Shown here: in pieces, positions 15,001 to 28,424 of the stretch
How positions within the stretch are numbered: position 1 is the stretch's first letter
Layout of the letters: each line of letters starts with the position of its first letter
Origin: Antedon mediterranea
Lineage: Eukaryota > Animalia > Echinodermata
Assembly (NCBI RefSeq): GCF_964355755.1
Contig: NC_092675.1
Span: forward strand, 27,066,912-27,130,911
DNA: 64,000 nucleotides
Reading direction: 5' to 3'
Position numbers and translations under genes: made by a program
Notes under the pieces: generated by a model
Databases searched by the model: none
Seen by the model: only the letters and a program-made list of their open reading frames with translations
What the model was told of the DNA's origin: nothing

Positions 15001-18000
15001 GATTACTATCGCTATTTTTTGCCCATTATTGTATCATTTTAAAATTTGTTTGTCTATATAAAAGTATAAAAATTAATGTGATAAGTGATTTGTTTATTTA
15101 TAACACATTTATCTAATCTTATTTTTATTTTTATTATAAAATATTTGTATCTTTTAATTGGCAATAAATTAATAAACTAGTTACTATTGTAATTATTAAT
15201 TTTACTACAACATTAATTCTACTATAAAATTGTTTTTTTTTTTTATAAAAAGCAATTTGATTTTATAATTTAAAAAAAAAACATTGTAGAATAAAATTAA
15301 TACTTAGGGATTTGGCCTACTAGTATAATTAATACTAATATCAGTTTATTCATTTATTTCTGTAATTCCATAAATAATAAAATATAATTACGGCTTGATA
15401 TGCAGATGTCTTAACCATTAGACCACTGTGGCTTTCATATTTGTAAACATTGCATTATTAGGCCTACATTCCTGACTGTTTTTATTAATAACCTTATTGC
15501 TCTTAATCAGTATCATCAATAATGGAACAAATATGTTAATGAGTATAATAAAGATGATATAAAAAAAACATTAAAAAAAAAATTATATATATAGGCCCTA
15601 TAATAATTTTGTTTATGTTTTTTGTATATCATCTGTATTATGCTAATATTAACATATTTTAAAAAGTCACACTATAATCCTATATTGTGGTGACACAATG
15701 TTTCAACCTGTATCATGCGTTTCTCCTTCCGGATCTTGGTATTTCCACTCTCCATTTTCAGGGTATATCAGGTAGCAATTTTCCACACCTGAACAATCAA
15801 AACCACTATAACACAAACGTATAACATTGTTAGTCTAGCAGCGGTAGACATGTGATGCAGTTTCAACCAATCACGTTCACGCATTTACATAGGCTATGTA
15901 ATACCTAATAATAAAATACAGATTTTAAAACGTGATCGTGATCGTATAAATAAAGCTACTATTCTCTGTTCCATTCCCGGAAACGGAAGACGGCGCCGTG
16001 AAACGAAAAACATGGTTGCTCGCTAATAATGTCCTCAGTCCTTTTCTATTATATATAACTAACATACACATGTAGTAAACTATTATTAAATATTAATAAT
16101 TACGCAAATATTTGATTTGATTTTACTTTATTCAGCTATCAGAGTTACATATATAAAACAAGCGATAATTAAGTTAAAGATAAAAGAATTTAAATTACAA
16201 TACGACATTATGTATTGTAATTTAAATTTGATTGGTTGAATTTAACATGCAATTAGACAAAAATACAATATATAAAGCGTCGTAACCAATTATTTAAAAA
16301 AAGTGAAAATAAAAACAAAGTAACGTGTAGCACAATTAAAACTAGCAAGCAAGAATTAGCCCTTAGTGTCAAAGAAACGTATTTCCATTTGGATCCTGAA
16401 TCATGCCCAACACTATTTTATAATATTGCGTTCCTGCTTAGTTGCGTTTTATTTATGTTGTTTCCGTTTTTTATTTTTTTTACTACTAATATTTCATTAA
16501 ATCTTCAAGTATGAGAGCTACTTACTTACATAATACATACAGATATAGTATAGTAATTTGCATTGGATTTTAAGTAAGGTTTTTTAATTACATCGGCTAC
16601 TATCTATTATAGGCCTATTTTAATGAAAATCTAAAAAGTCACAGAAATTATCAAATGGCGACCTTTATGAGTTAAATCAAGTTTGCTTTAAACTAACTAA
16701 CTTTGGTAGGTTTTGTAGATCACCAAATTACGTAAATAACTAGTTAAAATGTAAGCCAATTATCAAAATGGTTATGAACGAGTTAAAAAGGTTTTATGAA
16801 ACAGAAAAATTTATTTATCATCAGAATTTTGAGGACAGTATTTTTAATAGAAAATGGATAAAATTAGAAGAATTTATAAATCAAATATGAAATGGTTAGA
16901 GAGTAGAATAATTTTTATGAACCTTTATTTAATTTGTTAGATGGATATCTTTGTTGTTTTTGTTTGTTGCTTTTAATTTTAATTTTTTATTTGATTATGT
17001 TTTTCCTTTGTAATGTATTATATGATGAAATAAAAAAAAAATTAAAAAAAAATAAAAAATTACGTAATAACTAGCGTGAAAAGCCTGGCCCCTATAGAGG
17101 GCGTAAATAAAATTAATGTGTAGGCCTAAATAATAATAATACATAATCTGTACATTGTATAGATGATTATTATTTATAATTTAATAAAAATATATGTATA
17201 AGTGCATGGGATTATGTGCGGAAAATGAGTGCGACCATGAATCCATCACTACTAATAATAGTTTCTTTCCAGGATCTATTAGAGCCTTAAATATGATGTA
17301 GACTTTTTTTTGTAATGTTCTTGTTTTTTGAGTTCGTGTTGTGTCCGTTGGATATTGTGCTCCGCCAACAGAGCAAACAGAATTTCTATGTTTTTCCTAA
17401 AACATATGATAATAAATGATACTTTACTTTACTTTACTGTAAAGCGTGAGATCAAACTTAATGTAGACCTAATATATTGTTCTGTTATTTCGGTAAATAA
17501 TCCGTGCTGTGAATTTAACAGATTGGGCATATGAATGTCTTTTGAATTGAAGTGAATTGAACACATTTTTGAACATTTGTTTTATTTAGATATTTAAATA
17601 ATATTTATATTTATTATGGTATCAAATAATTCGATTATGTCTGATCACCATCGCTATTTACTAGGTCAGTACTTTTTTAAACATTTGTCTATTAAATTAT
17701 ACCAATTAATATTTTACTAATAACACTGTCCCAAACATTATCATAATTTTATTATAATTAATATATGAAACAATATTTTGATAATAGAATAAGATTAATA
17801 ATAAACTAAAACATTTAATATAACCATTAATAGTAATATATTTAATAATTAAAAAGATAAAAATATGTTATACGTTCCTCACTGTTTTTTTACTGATGCG
17901 CTTAATAATTATTAAGATCAATGATGGAACAATAATTATGTTAAAATAATAATAATTATAATTATAAGATCAATGTTCTACATGTCTATTGGTGCTACCA

Positions 18001-18231
18001 CAACAGTAAATTCCGGTGTATTTGAAGTATATAGTTAGAGGTTATAGGCCTAGGCCTATGTGATATAAAACAATAGTAGTGGTGCATACCTGTAGGCCTA
18101 AGGAATCACATAATAAAGTGTTACTTTACTTACTTTGGACATGATGGTGCAGCCTCTGTCATTTTCCATTTTAACATGCATAGGCCTATTACTATTGAAA
18201 CACATTTTAGCCATTGTATAACCCTATGCAT
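1..18231 (-). CDS. CTLD-like type I membrane receptor, paralogue A (3' partial; tail exon runs off window start)
   Basis: Exons: 18134-18231 (MHRVIQWLKCVSIVIGLCMLKWKMTEAAPSCP, signal), 15708-15805 (GFDCSGVENCYLIYPENGEWKYQDP), 14472-14810 (CTLD: HCYKF..SCIDAQRECEVIGGNITVVNS..IICEST), 4221-4490 (S/T stalk, TM LVAAICVPLVVIILIVLIAFFLI, RRKRKKR), probable tail-exon acceptor at 9-11. All GT-AG, phases 2,1,1,1. Bases ~30-160 resemble the intron next to F's tail exon (40725-40845). Confidence 0.8.
1379..1709. mobile_element. PIF/Harbinger-like MITE nested in the 3.3 kb element (second copy ~11970-12337)
   Basis: Imperfect terminal inverted repeats AGGCCCAATTACACTATGACGATAACGA / TCGTTATTGTCCTAGTGTATGGGCCT with TAA/TTA ends; internal inverted CAATCAAATGACGTCATGAT / ATCATGACGTCATTTGATTG. 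Confidence 0.55.
2781..3063. repeat. 56-58 bp minisatellite, ~5 units (2 more units at ~2150-2245; duplicated at ~13405-13690)
   Basis: Unit AAAATGTAAAATTAAGACTGGAAAATTGGGCTTATCAACAAATAAATACTTTCGTTC; GGCT anchor at 2797, 2853, 2909, 2967, 3024. Confidence 0.9.
3087..3243. mobile_element. Short palindromic MITE (Harbinger-like); other copies ~13711-13873 and ~21721-21858
   Basis: AGCTCTGTCTATACTATCAAACT ... AGTTGGGACAGTGTAGACACAGAACT; internal inverted TGATGTGCCCA / TGGGCACATCA. Confidence 0.55.
4626..4975 (-). mobile_element. 3' fragment of an L2-type LINE
   Basis: On the minus strand: GCGCATTGAGGC...GCGCTATATAAGTCCC followed by an (ATT)n tail, resembling L2 3' ends. Confidence 0.5.
5818..7643 (+). 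pseudogene. LINE ORF1 remnant: RNase H1 N-terminal (Caulimovirus VI-like) domain + coiled coil + SGNH/GDSL esterase
   Basis: VYAVAVGKQPGIYLSWLECQANTDGYHGALFQSF; coiled-coil-like 6240-6600; LIIGDAMIK, VHVGTNN, GFIDN, SDGVHLSPRG; broken by stops and frameshifts. Confidence 0.75.
7568..10500 (+). pseudogene. LINE ORF2 remnant: APE endonuclease + reverse transcriptase
   Basis: LLNARSL, SVSETW, GDFNIH, CLDLIIT; KPWYTDEI; YRPVSNL, HSTETALL, LDLSAAFDTVDH, VPQGSVLGP, YADDTQIY (~9656); HAFVSSRLDMCNSLL, GDRAFTVTAPRLWNALP; several frameshifts. Confidence 0.92.
11095..14420 (+). mobile_element. Helentron-type non-autonomous element, copy 2
   Basis: Same termini and content as 498-3797, with small indels (e.g. 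~35 bp extra at ~12074-12108); ends ~50 bp from the CTLD exon donor of A. Confidence 0.65.
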
Positions 18232-18269
18232 AGTGACGTTGCATTCACGTTCGATAGGTGTATGGAACA

Positions 18270-18280
18270 ACACGGAAATT
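18270..18280 (+). promoter_or_regulatory. Conserved ETS-like motif (AC[A/C]CGGAAAT) ~40-50 bp upstream of the ATG; equivalents at 23271, 28465, 33982, 43815, 61082
   Basis: Same motif, orientation and spacing in paralogues A, B, C, D, F and H. Confidence 0.45.
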
Positions 18281-19461
18281 ACTGCTTATACCACCAACTC
18301 GAAGCTTTGAAATTATATATAATTATATTTCCGGGGTTTAAGTTCATTTCAGCCCGGGAAGGAGAGAAGTTTAATATTATTGTTGGCTGTTTTTCTGGTG
18401 GTTAGTTCAGGATGTTGTCATATATTTTTGGTAGTTACTGTCTGGATCTGGATACGCCGTTGATATAAATAATGTTGGAACGTACTTGTATCCACTTCTT
18501 ATAATATATTCAACATCTTTATAATATAAATACTAGTTATTAAAAATTCACTACGAAAGCGCCCTCGTTATAATTAGAAACTACAGTTAAGTAACGGTAC
18601 TAACATGGTCAATTGACGATTCCGCACGATTCTATACGAACAAGACTGTGAGACTCAAATCAAACAGGGGAGGAAAACACGCGAATTGTGCATCAGTATT
18701 TGCTGATTATGCGGCACACGTTTTAACTACTGAAGAGTATTTACAAATAGTAATTAAAAAATTCAACCAAGTCGTTTATTGTTTGGCCTCAAAGTAAACA
18801 AAGAAAACTCGTTTTTTCATGTAACGAGAGGTATTAAGAGGGCGTCCCCCCCCCCCCCCGCAAGATTCACGCAGAGTAGAAAGGGAACATTTACGATGGG
18901 TTGAGATTAAATTTTTATATCATACGAAGATGCTCTGTAATAGAGATTTGACTACACGGAATCAAGCTTTACGGACCTTTATCTATTTGTAGTAAAATAC
19001 TATCTATATCTAGTAGCTACACACATAGTATATCGACAGATACAATGCAAACTATCCTGCTTTTATTGTTTTATACAAATAATTGCTTTCATGTTTAAAA
19101 GGACATAATGTCATCGCCACACTTTATTCATAGTAATATAAGTAGTATAAGAAACACAATTTCTGAAATTGAAACACTTCTTTTTTAAAGAATGTTTCGT
19201 AGTTCATTTCTAAGAATGTTTTTAAATCACTATAAAGTTAGTTTAGGCCTAATTGATTAATTATAATTTAGCTTATATACTTTTTTCTAAAAAGCATTAT
19301 ACTTAAAATTACGCAAGACAAAAACAATAGCATAAAGAATATACATCATCAATCTGATTAATAATCAAATGAGCGGCCTATAATATTGATGTTTTTTAAC
19401 AATTACAGATATTTTCTTTAATTTGTTCTTCTTCCGAATAAGTAACTCATTCAGAGGCTTA

Positions 19462-22400
19462 TTATTTGTTACGTTGAAGGCAGTCATAGGTAGAATCTTC
19501 TGGTGACGACATTGTGCTATTTATCGGTATGTCTACGTAAGTGTACATGTTGTCTGTTTGCGATGGAGTATCTGTCTTCAACTTTCCATATTCGTTTTTC
19601 TGAGCTTCTTCATTGGCTGTACTATAAACGTCATCATGTTTTTCATCAATATGTGTACCTATTGTCGACTGCATGTTGGTAGAATCATCATTAGTTCCTG
19701 TTGTGTTTTCATATGGTACGTCTTGGATATGCCCCTCCTTATCCGATTTCACTTCAGCAGCATTTATACAGTTGTAGAGTTCATCACCATTCGAAAGGCC
19801 TTCTGTATTTGCATACGATACGTCACCAATATCTGTTTTGGTACCAGGCGTCATATCCGAGGCATTTAGTGTATCGTAGGTGTCACTGAAATCTTGGTCA
19901 ATACGTTTCTTTTTATTTGGTAAGGCATACAAACCTACCGCCACGTTGTTTGGTTTTGCTGCTGGGGATGACGGTGACATGGCTGCGTCATTTGAAAGTT
20001 CTTCTGTATTTACATACGATACGTCACCAGTAACGTCTGTTTTGGTATCAGGCGTCATATCCGAGGCATTTAGTGTATCGTAGGTGTCACTGAAATCTTG
20101 GTCAATGCGTTCCTTTTTATTTGGTAAGGCATACAAACCTACCGCCACGTTGTTTGCTTTTGCTGCTGATGATGACGGTGACATAGCTGCGTACTTGCAA
20201 GGTGTTTGGGGGTTTGTTGTGTCTGTGTATCGAACAGGATCACTCAGTGTCTCTGCTGGTGCAGCTATCTCTGCATAATCATCAGAGTGTGCCGGAACGT
20301 ATATGTCATTAGAATGTGAATTGCCTATATTAATACAAGGATTGAAATATTCGACAAAAAATTAAAATCTTAGATGATCATATCTTCGTGACATAAAAAT
20401 TTGGCAAAGGAATTTGGAATAGGATTAAAATCAAATAATTGACCATTATATATGTTGAAATGAAAAAGGCATAATGCATTCGAAGGTTCGAAAGGGTTCC
20501 ATCGATTTACGGCAAGTAGCTATTTTTAGTATTAATCTCTACGTACCTTTACCAATACCATGTTTAGTGTCTGAACTCATTCGCCGCTTTTTCTTTTTAC
20601 GTCGAAAGAAAAATAAAACAATGAGTAAAATCATGATTATAACAACCAACGGTACACAAATCACAGCAACTACACCAGCACTTGACTTGTTTTCAGATAT
20701 ATTCGGTTTGGTATCAGATATATTTGGTTTGGTAGTTTGTAACGGCGCCGAGCATATTTCAGTTTTATCTATAGAGAAATTTCTAACATTTATAAAATAA
20801 TTTATAATATATTTTGGTAGGTGTACCCAAGTAATGTGTCAACATGTTTATACTCACCAGTAGATTCACAGATAATGGCGTTTACCATGTCAGTTGTTGA
20901 ACAGTCCTTGTTTTCGCTTGTTATGATATTATTGTTTTCTTCTCCATCATACACATCAACTATTACGCACCCTGTCACGAGGTTCTTCTTCTGTATGTCT
21001 GATTCTACATGAACATTAAATCTACTACTAGACCCTTGTTCAAGAAAACGTAATGCGATGTATGTTAATTGGTTGTATTCCTTAACGCTATTTATGACTT
21101 TAATATTTCCACCAACCATTTCTTCACATTCCCGTTGAGCATCAATACACGATCTGTTTTCATTGCTCACTTGTATATATGCATAGCAGTTAGGGTCGCT
21201 GTATAATGTGTATTCTGCAAACAAAAAGAACAGATAGTAGGCCTTTGGCAACAGTGAATAATAACAATATAATATTTATAACGTGAAGAATTAATTTATG
21301 AACATCCTTAGATCAAGTATTTATTTCTTATGATTTATTAAGATAAACATTTATATTTGTTACACTTTTAATTGAAATACTATTATATTTTGCAAATTTT
21401 AAATTGTTATGCTTTTTTTCTATGTTTCCACTCCCATCTGGATTTGTGTACATCCATCGTCCATTTTCAACGTAATTATATAACAATTGATTAGCTTATT
21501 TTGACATAATACTCTACATACTTGTTGTTACATGCTTGTTTTTATTCGGCACTTTATATGTCCAATTTCCATCTTCAGGGTAAAACAAGTAACATCCTGC
21601 ACCCGAACAACCAAAACCACTATAAAACACAAAATAGAGAATAAAATGATTTATGGATTAATGTATGACTCACTTATGATTACCACTGTTGTTGTTTCAC
21701 TTTCCACAGTAGGCCTATACGTCTACACTACCAAACTTTAAAAACAAAAAACAATGTGATGTGCCCATATATGCGCATGATGACGTCATATCATTACCGT
21801 ATTTGGGCACATCACACTTTTTTGTCAAACTAGTTTGATAGTGTACAGTATAGCTTTAGAATATAAAGTGAAATTAATCAAATCTTCGTTTGGTCTGTTA
21901 TGGTCTATTAGGAGGGACAACAATGTTTTCATTCATGTACGATTTCACATTATGTATCACATCACAACAATCATCAATACTGTTTATCTACAAATTAGAC
22001 AATTAGACGCATATATTTTTTAGTCAAATGAAACAGGATATTAACGATTATTCTCAGAATTGTATTGATACATTCACAGTCGGATTGCAGTGTTTTACTA
22101 CTTGACATATAATTTACAATTGTCTGTCCATATTAATAATAATAATAATAATAACAATAATAACACTAATAATAATAATAATAAGATTTTTATAGCGCAC
22201 ATACCCCTCCAGAGTGCTCAAGGCGCATATTCCCAGAATTTTATTTTTACATTCATTCATAGGCCTTCAATATTCTCAAGCTCTGTCAAAATATGCATCT
22301 ATCGCCATCACGATGTTTACTTACATTGGCAGGTGGACATAGTAGGATTGAACTAAAACTGTTATCGTAAGAGTCTAATCCTCGGAGAACAACCTTTTCA

Positions 22401-23222
22401 GGAAGTCCATGTTTCTAATGCAATCTGTAGTTTGATCGAATTGATCGTTGCATTGCCTATGTCTTGCACACAGACGTATTAACAGTTTTGGCCGACATGA
22501 ATAAAGACTTTACATATTTAGATCAAACGTTAACAGAGTTAACCCGAGTGTAAACAAAGTTTAATTACGAATGTGCGTTTTTGTTTAGTACATTAATTGA
22601 TGGCTTTTTACCATTTTTAATTTTCTTACCCATGATACCAAAAGCAATAATTTAAATTGAAGAATTCTATAATTCTTTGAAATGTAAATTGATCTTATCT
22701 GAATAATAATATTACATTACAATGTACGTAAACATTTCCTAACTTTGTTATAGGTCCACATCATCTTTTTAAATTATTACGTATACAATACATACATTTT
22801 TTGTTATGTCCAATAAAATATATACATTTTTGCAAAACAAAATACTATTAAAATATACATTTGATTATAATAAAATAGCCATATTGACCAAATAACAAGA
22901 GGATTTTTACGAAGCGAGATCTACGAAATGAACTTGTGTATTCTCATTATCTTTGATGCTGTATGTTTCCACCTCTTACGGTTTTCGTAACAATACAAAT
23001 CAATGTACGTGAATACATTCAGTTTTCTACCCTGACTATGCTTATCTTAGAAGTATAGAACAACCAGTTACAGAAAAGGCAAGTAACAATTTATTAAAAT
23101 ACTTACTCAGGACACGGTACAGTCCCTGTCGATTCCTTTAACAGGCATATTACTAAAATAAGAGACTTGTAACTCCCCACTATAAGTGAGGCATATTTCA
23201 GCCATTGTATAGGCCTGTACAT
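19462..23222 (-). CDS. CTLD-like receptor paralogue B, long multi-tyrosine tail (~551 aa)
   Basis: Exons 23107-23222 (MYRPIQWLKYASL..VPCP), 21522-21619, 20858-21214 (CTLD), 20547-20768 (TM GVVAVICVPLVVIIMILLIVLFFF RRKKKKRR), 19462-20324 (YAEI, YALP x2, YDTL x2, YVNT, YANT, YENT, YGKL, YTYV, STYDCL). Frame is open across all GT-AG junctions. Confidence 0.88.
22134..22228 (-). mobile_element. Severely 5'-truncated L2 tail, same family as the 5000-10831 LINE
   Basis: Reverse complement of GCGCCTTGAGCACTCTGGAGGGGTATGTGCGCTATAAAAATC plus (TTA)n; matches 10765-10831. Confidence 0.75.
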
Positions 23223-24551
23223 AATAGCAGCTTTCACGAATCTTGTCGAATCATAAGTGAAATGTAAACGACACGGAAATTATATCCAAACATGAAAGAT
23301 TGAAACTTTTTTATATTGATGTATAGGACCTCTCTGTATATCCGGGTTAAGTGGTTTTAAGTTTCACTTTTCTATTCATAGTATTTTTTTAAAATCCAAC
23401 ACGATCACCTTTATATCTAAAGGTAGCCTAAACAACATGCATCATACTGTATAAACTAAACATTAATATGCATTGTTATTGTCTAATGCAATTATAACGT
23501 TTCCGTATATTCTCCTTTTTTTAATCAAAGTCCTCCATTTGTTTATCCCTGTTTAGATTTTAAACGAATACATCGGCCGTTACCCTTTATAAGTGTACAC
23601 AGAAATGGTTCTTAAAAATTGTAAACAGCTAAACTTGTTTTTATAGAAAAATTGCGATTCAGTTAAAATAGAATATTTTTAGTGTCAAAAGTGGTATAGA
23701 ATCGGGTCTGCATTGAAAGAACCGGCAAAAGTAAAAACATAAATAACTAAATAAAATCTGAATAGCCACAGCCGGGTAAAGATTTTACTGATTCTTAAAG
23801 AAAATGTGGTGTACAGCTAGTTGTTTTTTTTTACAACCGTACAAGTTGTATCATTTTATTTAAAACATTCATTATAGTTAGTAAAAATTTCGATTACATA
23901 CTTGTTATAAATAAAATGTATTAATACATTATTCAGTAGTTATTTTAAATATAGTAAGGAATAATATCATAAAGAATAAGCATAAGGTGTATTCACAAAA
24001 GGTTTACTCATTTCAGAGTGACTTGTTGTGAACTAAATTGTATTAGAATTTTACTGAAACACTACCAACCTTTTACTAACAATGCTGTTTGTAAAACAAT
24101 GAATATCGTATAGCCTATATGAGGGTTGGAATAAAGCAGTATGATAATATCCTAAATAGGCCTATTACCAAGAATGATGGTTCAAAGACTATATAATATT
24201 TTATTAAGAACATATTTAAGGCATTGTATGATCAAGGAATATAATAATATTATTTCTCAATACATAGTAGTAATTCATCAAGTTAAACATTTAAACGTAT
24301 CAACCGATTCTGCTACTCTATATAGCACCCTCTATAATACTCTATAATATAATAATAATAATAAAATATTGCTGATAGTTATACAGATACATACCTATTG
24401 ACAGTATCAGAATCGGGTGAACGTATGAATAGTTTGCCTTATAAGCTAACATTTAGATTACACTAGTAACTGTACTGGAACACTTGCTGATCGGATGAAA
24501 ACTTTTTCCCATCTACTTATTCTATTATATCGATTATAATTATATACAAAA

Positions 24552-27500
24552 CTAATGTTCCACATTGCGCTGAAGTTTGTCATAGGCATTTTCTTCCACA
24601 AGATTCAATGGAAGAGCTGTGTCTACGTAAGCGTACATTCCCTCAGATGGTACCTTCTCTTGCGTATTCAGCTTTCCATACTCGTTTTGTTCGCATACTG
24701 CGATATCTCCTTTCTTGTCACCATTATTCTTTTCACTATGATTGTTTATAGTTGAGTATGGCAATTCATATTCACCATCAGATTTTCCATTGTTACCACC
24801 AGGTTCTACGTTCATGTCTTCGTCATTCAGGGTATCGTAAACGTCGCAATCATCTTTAAAACCTTCTGTGTTTGCGTAAAGTGTGTCGTCAAATCCATTT
24901 TGGAAGTCGCCTGTATTTTTCACCTGTGCTTTTTGTTGCATGTCAGTTGTATTTAGAATATCGTAAACGTCGCCCCCATCTTGTGTGAAAACCGTTGTGT
25001 TTTCATGTGGTGTTCCATCGAAACCTTTGTTGGACTGTAGATGTTGAATGTCCGCGACATTAAGGGCAGTATAGAGAGAATGTGATTCTAAGCTTAAATA
25101 TTTACTTTCAAACCCATCTTCGATTTCTTCATTATGATTGTTCCTACTTGCACTTTGTTTTGCTGATTGCAAATTGTCATCATCTTGTCTCATTTCTCGC
25201 TCCTCTCTTGGTTTTAGTGCATCTTGCACATCACTTGTTGTTGATTGTAGTTGTGTTGTATTCCTGTGTCGTATAGAATATTTTCAACTTCGCATGGATG
25301 TTGATTATCAGATGTAGAATGCTCGTGAATTGTTGCACCATTCGAGTACGAGACATTTTCTGATAAGGATAAAATAATTACTTATTAAATTTTAAATTAA
25401 TAATATAATCAAATATAATAAAAAATATGTTGTACTTGATCTTACTGTGAATAATTAAACGTGGGTGACCAGTCATGTTGGTCACATGAAAAAGATACGT
25501 AATGGATAAAGATAATACCTTTGATTAAAGTAGCTCTACCAAAGTTATAGCTTATTTTAAATATCAGGTAAAGGAAACTGAAATCATAAAGCACTAACGC
25601 CAAATTGGCCTGCCATTCGTTGGCATCAAATAGTAAATTGTGTTTGTTAATATACCAAACTGACAGAAACACATTGATCTATTAATAGAATGAAGTACAT
25701 TAAACACTAAGGAGTTGGATAGCCGAGTGGTTAAGACACTTGACTGTCATACAGATAGACCCAGTCCACTCAGCTGTAAATGAGTACCTGGTTGAAAATA
25801 CTAGGGAGAAAAAAGGCGACGTGGAAAGGAACTGGCCACCCTACCACATAATGCCGAGGCTTAGTATTATGAGCTCCTAACAGCTCATTCCCCTACGTTC
25901 AGAGAACACGGGACTCACCCTTTACATTAAACACTATAAATTATAGTAAAATAATCAATTCAAAGCTATATAGCAATTGTCCTCAAATTAGAGTTTCTGA
26001 CAGAGATGTGAAAAGTATTTTAACTTGGTTTTTATTATCATATCCAACGTTTAGCCTGGCGTCCTGAATTTAGCTCAACTCATAAATTCCACGAAAGTTT
26101 GCTTTAGAATTCTTCTCCTATCACGAACTCATTGTACATGAATTAAAAAATTCACATACCTTGTATGTCTTGATGTTTACTTCTTCTGTATCGGATGCAA
26201 CACGTGAACGTCACAATGACTCCAACAGCAAACACGAGTACAGGAATTCCGACAGTAACAAGTAAATCAGGATCGGTATTAAGATTTTGGTTATCTCCAT
26301 CTGGATACGTAACCTCCGAATAATCAGTAGTCGGTCCAGTGACGCCAATTGGATAGATATTAGATGTTTTAGAAGGTACTTCTGACGTCGGTATCGGGTC
26401 TGATGGTGTAGTAGACATCGACAATGACATCGATGCTGACGTCATGTCTGATGAGGTAGTAGTCATCAACGATGTCAACTGCGTATTCGTTGTATCAGTT
26501 GTTGACACAGTACATATTCCAAGATCTAAATCTGCATTCATTAAAATAGAAAAGAAGTTACGCTTTGTGACGCCATGCATACATTATTCACTGGCATAGC
26601 CATAAACAATTGGAACATTAAGGTACTTTAAGTATTTGTTGAATTTTAAGATGTTAATATACCGGCCACTTTTTCTATTTCTAAAATCTAATAATCAAAT
26701 ATAATTATGTATCAAGGTACAGGTAACAGGTATCATAATTTAAAAAGATCACCTAAAAAGTATAAACATCAACCAAGTATCAAGCAAGCAAATGTAATGT
26801 CTTCTTACCAGATGACTCACAGACCATGGTGTTTATTTCTTCTGTGAAGCAACCCTTGTTTCTAATGTATATATCATTTTGAACCCCCATTCTGTTTTCC
26901 ACTACAACGTTTGCACACCCAGCATATAAGTTCTTTTCCGGATATTCTTTATCGGCATAAACATTGAAGATACTTGTTGATGGATGTCTCAGACGTTTCA
27001 GAATACGGAGAACATTATCTGTCAGCTGATCATACTCGTCTTTGCTATTTATAACAGTGATGTTGCCTCCAACTTGTTCACATTCATGTTGTGTATCAAT
27101 ACATGATTCGTTTCTGTTTGTACTTCTTATGAACATGTAACAGTTAGGATTATCATACACATCCATGTCTAAAGAAAACATATTGATATAGCTATAGTAT
27201 TTAGATAGATACAGTAGATACATAGGTGCCTGGAATACGAAAATTAGATTTGAAGGTATTGTACACAATGAGCGGGAAAGTGTGGATAGCCAATGTTTAT
27301 GAATGGTTTATCTGTTGTTGCCACCGAACAACTCACAATATGTATAGCATCAATTGTTACTTTTGCATACCTCCATTCCGTTCTCGTCCACCTGGTTCTT
27401 TGTACATCCACCTATTATGTTCAGGGTATATCAGGTAGCAATTATTACCTGAACACTCAAAACCTCTATAAAACAACAAAGGGTATTTCTTTTTACTGCT

Positions 27501-28424
27501 GCAGCAATAAGAAGAACTGTTTATTTGATGCAAAAAAACCAACAACAAATATCAGTATATAATTTAAGAATGAATCTGGGTGACTCCCATTAAGAGTAGG
27601 CCTAAGTAATTGCCGCAAACTGCAGTTTTTATTATTATTATATTTTAGATAAATGATTACATAAAAAATAAATAAACACATATGCCTAATAAATAAATAA
27701 AATTTTAGTCTCGGACGGAAAGCATATTAATATATAAGTAACTATTTAAAGCAAAAGATTTTCAACAGGTTATCCACAAATAATGTTTTCCCGCGGAGAA
27801 CTAACCCCTTGTAATGTTACTACTGGTTGACTATCCCCTAAAAAAACTTCTCATTTGGGTCAACCACACCGTACGACAATTACAAGCTAAGATAATTACC
27901 CACACGGCAACTAAATAAGTTAAATTTGATCAAGATCTGCTTAAGATGTTTGTCATGAAGTTGGTTGTCAAAAAAACTTAATTAAAAAAACTAAATTATA
28001 GGGGCGAGTGTGACTCTCTCACATTTGCACACGTCCCTAAATTGATGAAAAATTAAAGATACCGTATTGTTGCAAATATACTATTGGTTAATAGTTTCGG
28101 AGAGGGCCCTACTTACGAAACTATATGGTTTGCCCAAAATGTGTTTAGATTAGGCCTATGAATTAATTTATGTAACCGAAAATGTCATCATCATCGTTAA
28201 CTCCCGTGATTATTATAATTCATTCATTATCTTTTAGGCCTACCATTAAATAAGCCTATTAGTAGACATGCAGAGATATAAAAATACTGCAGTCTCGTCA
28301 TTAAATTTACCTACTAAATATACAGTATTATGAAATATAGACTGACTTACCGAGGACACTGTGCCCCAATGATAAGAAACTGACAAGCTAGGGCTAATAT
28401 AAACACCTTTATTTTGTAGGCCAT
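24552..28424 (-). pseudogene. CTLD-like receptor paralogue C; 5-bp insertion frameshifts the tail exon (truncated ~348 aa product or pseudogene)
   Basis: Exons 28351-28424 (MAYKIKVFILALACQFLIIGAQCP), 27371-27465, 26809-27168, 26160-26531 (TM LLVTVGIPVLVFAVGVIVTFTCCI), 24552-25359. Versus D there is an extra CACAA at ~25251-25255, giving TAA at 25214-25216; the downstream tail ORF 24552-25229 is otherwise open. Confidence 0.8.
25710..25925 (+). mobile_element. tRNA-derived SINE with Nin/Deu-type central domain
   Basis: A-box-like TAGCCGAGTGGTTAAG head, core CCAGTCCACTCAGCTGTAAATGAGTACC, tail GGGACTCACCCTTTACA; B box appears deleted. Confidence 0.6.

Noticed and set aside
25710-25760. tRNA gene
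   Set aside because: Only an A-box-like head; no B box or cloverleaf, and it continues into a SINE core.
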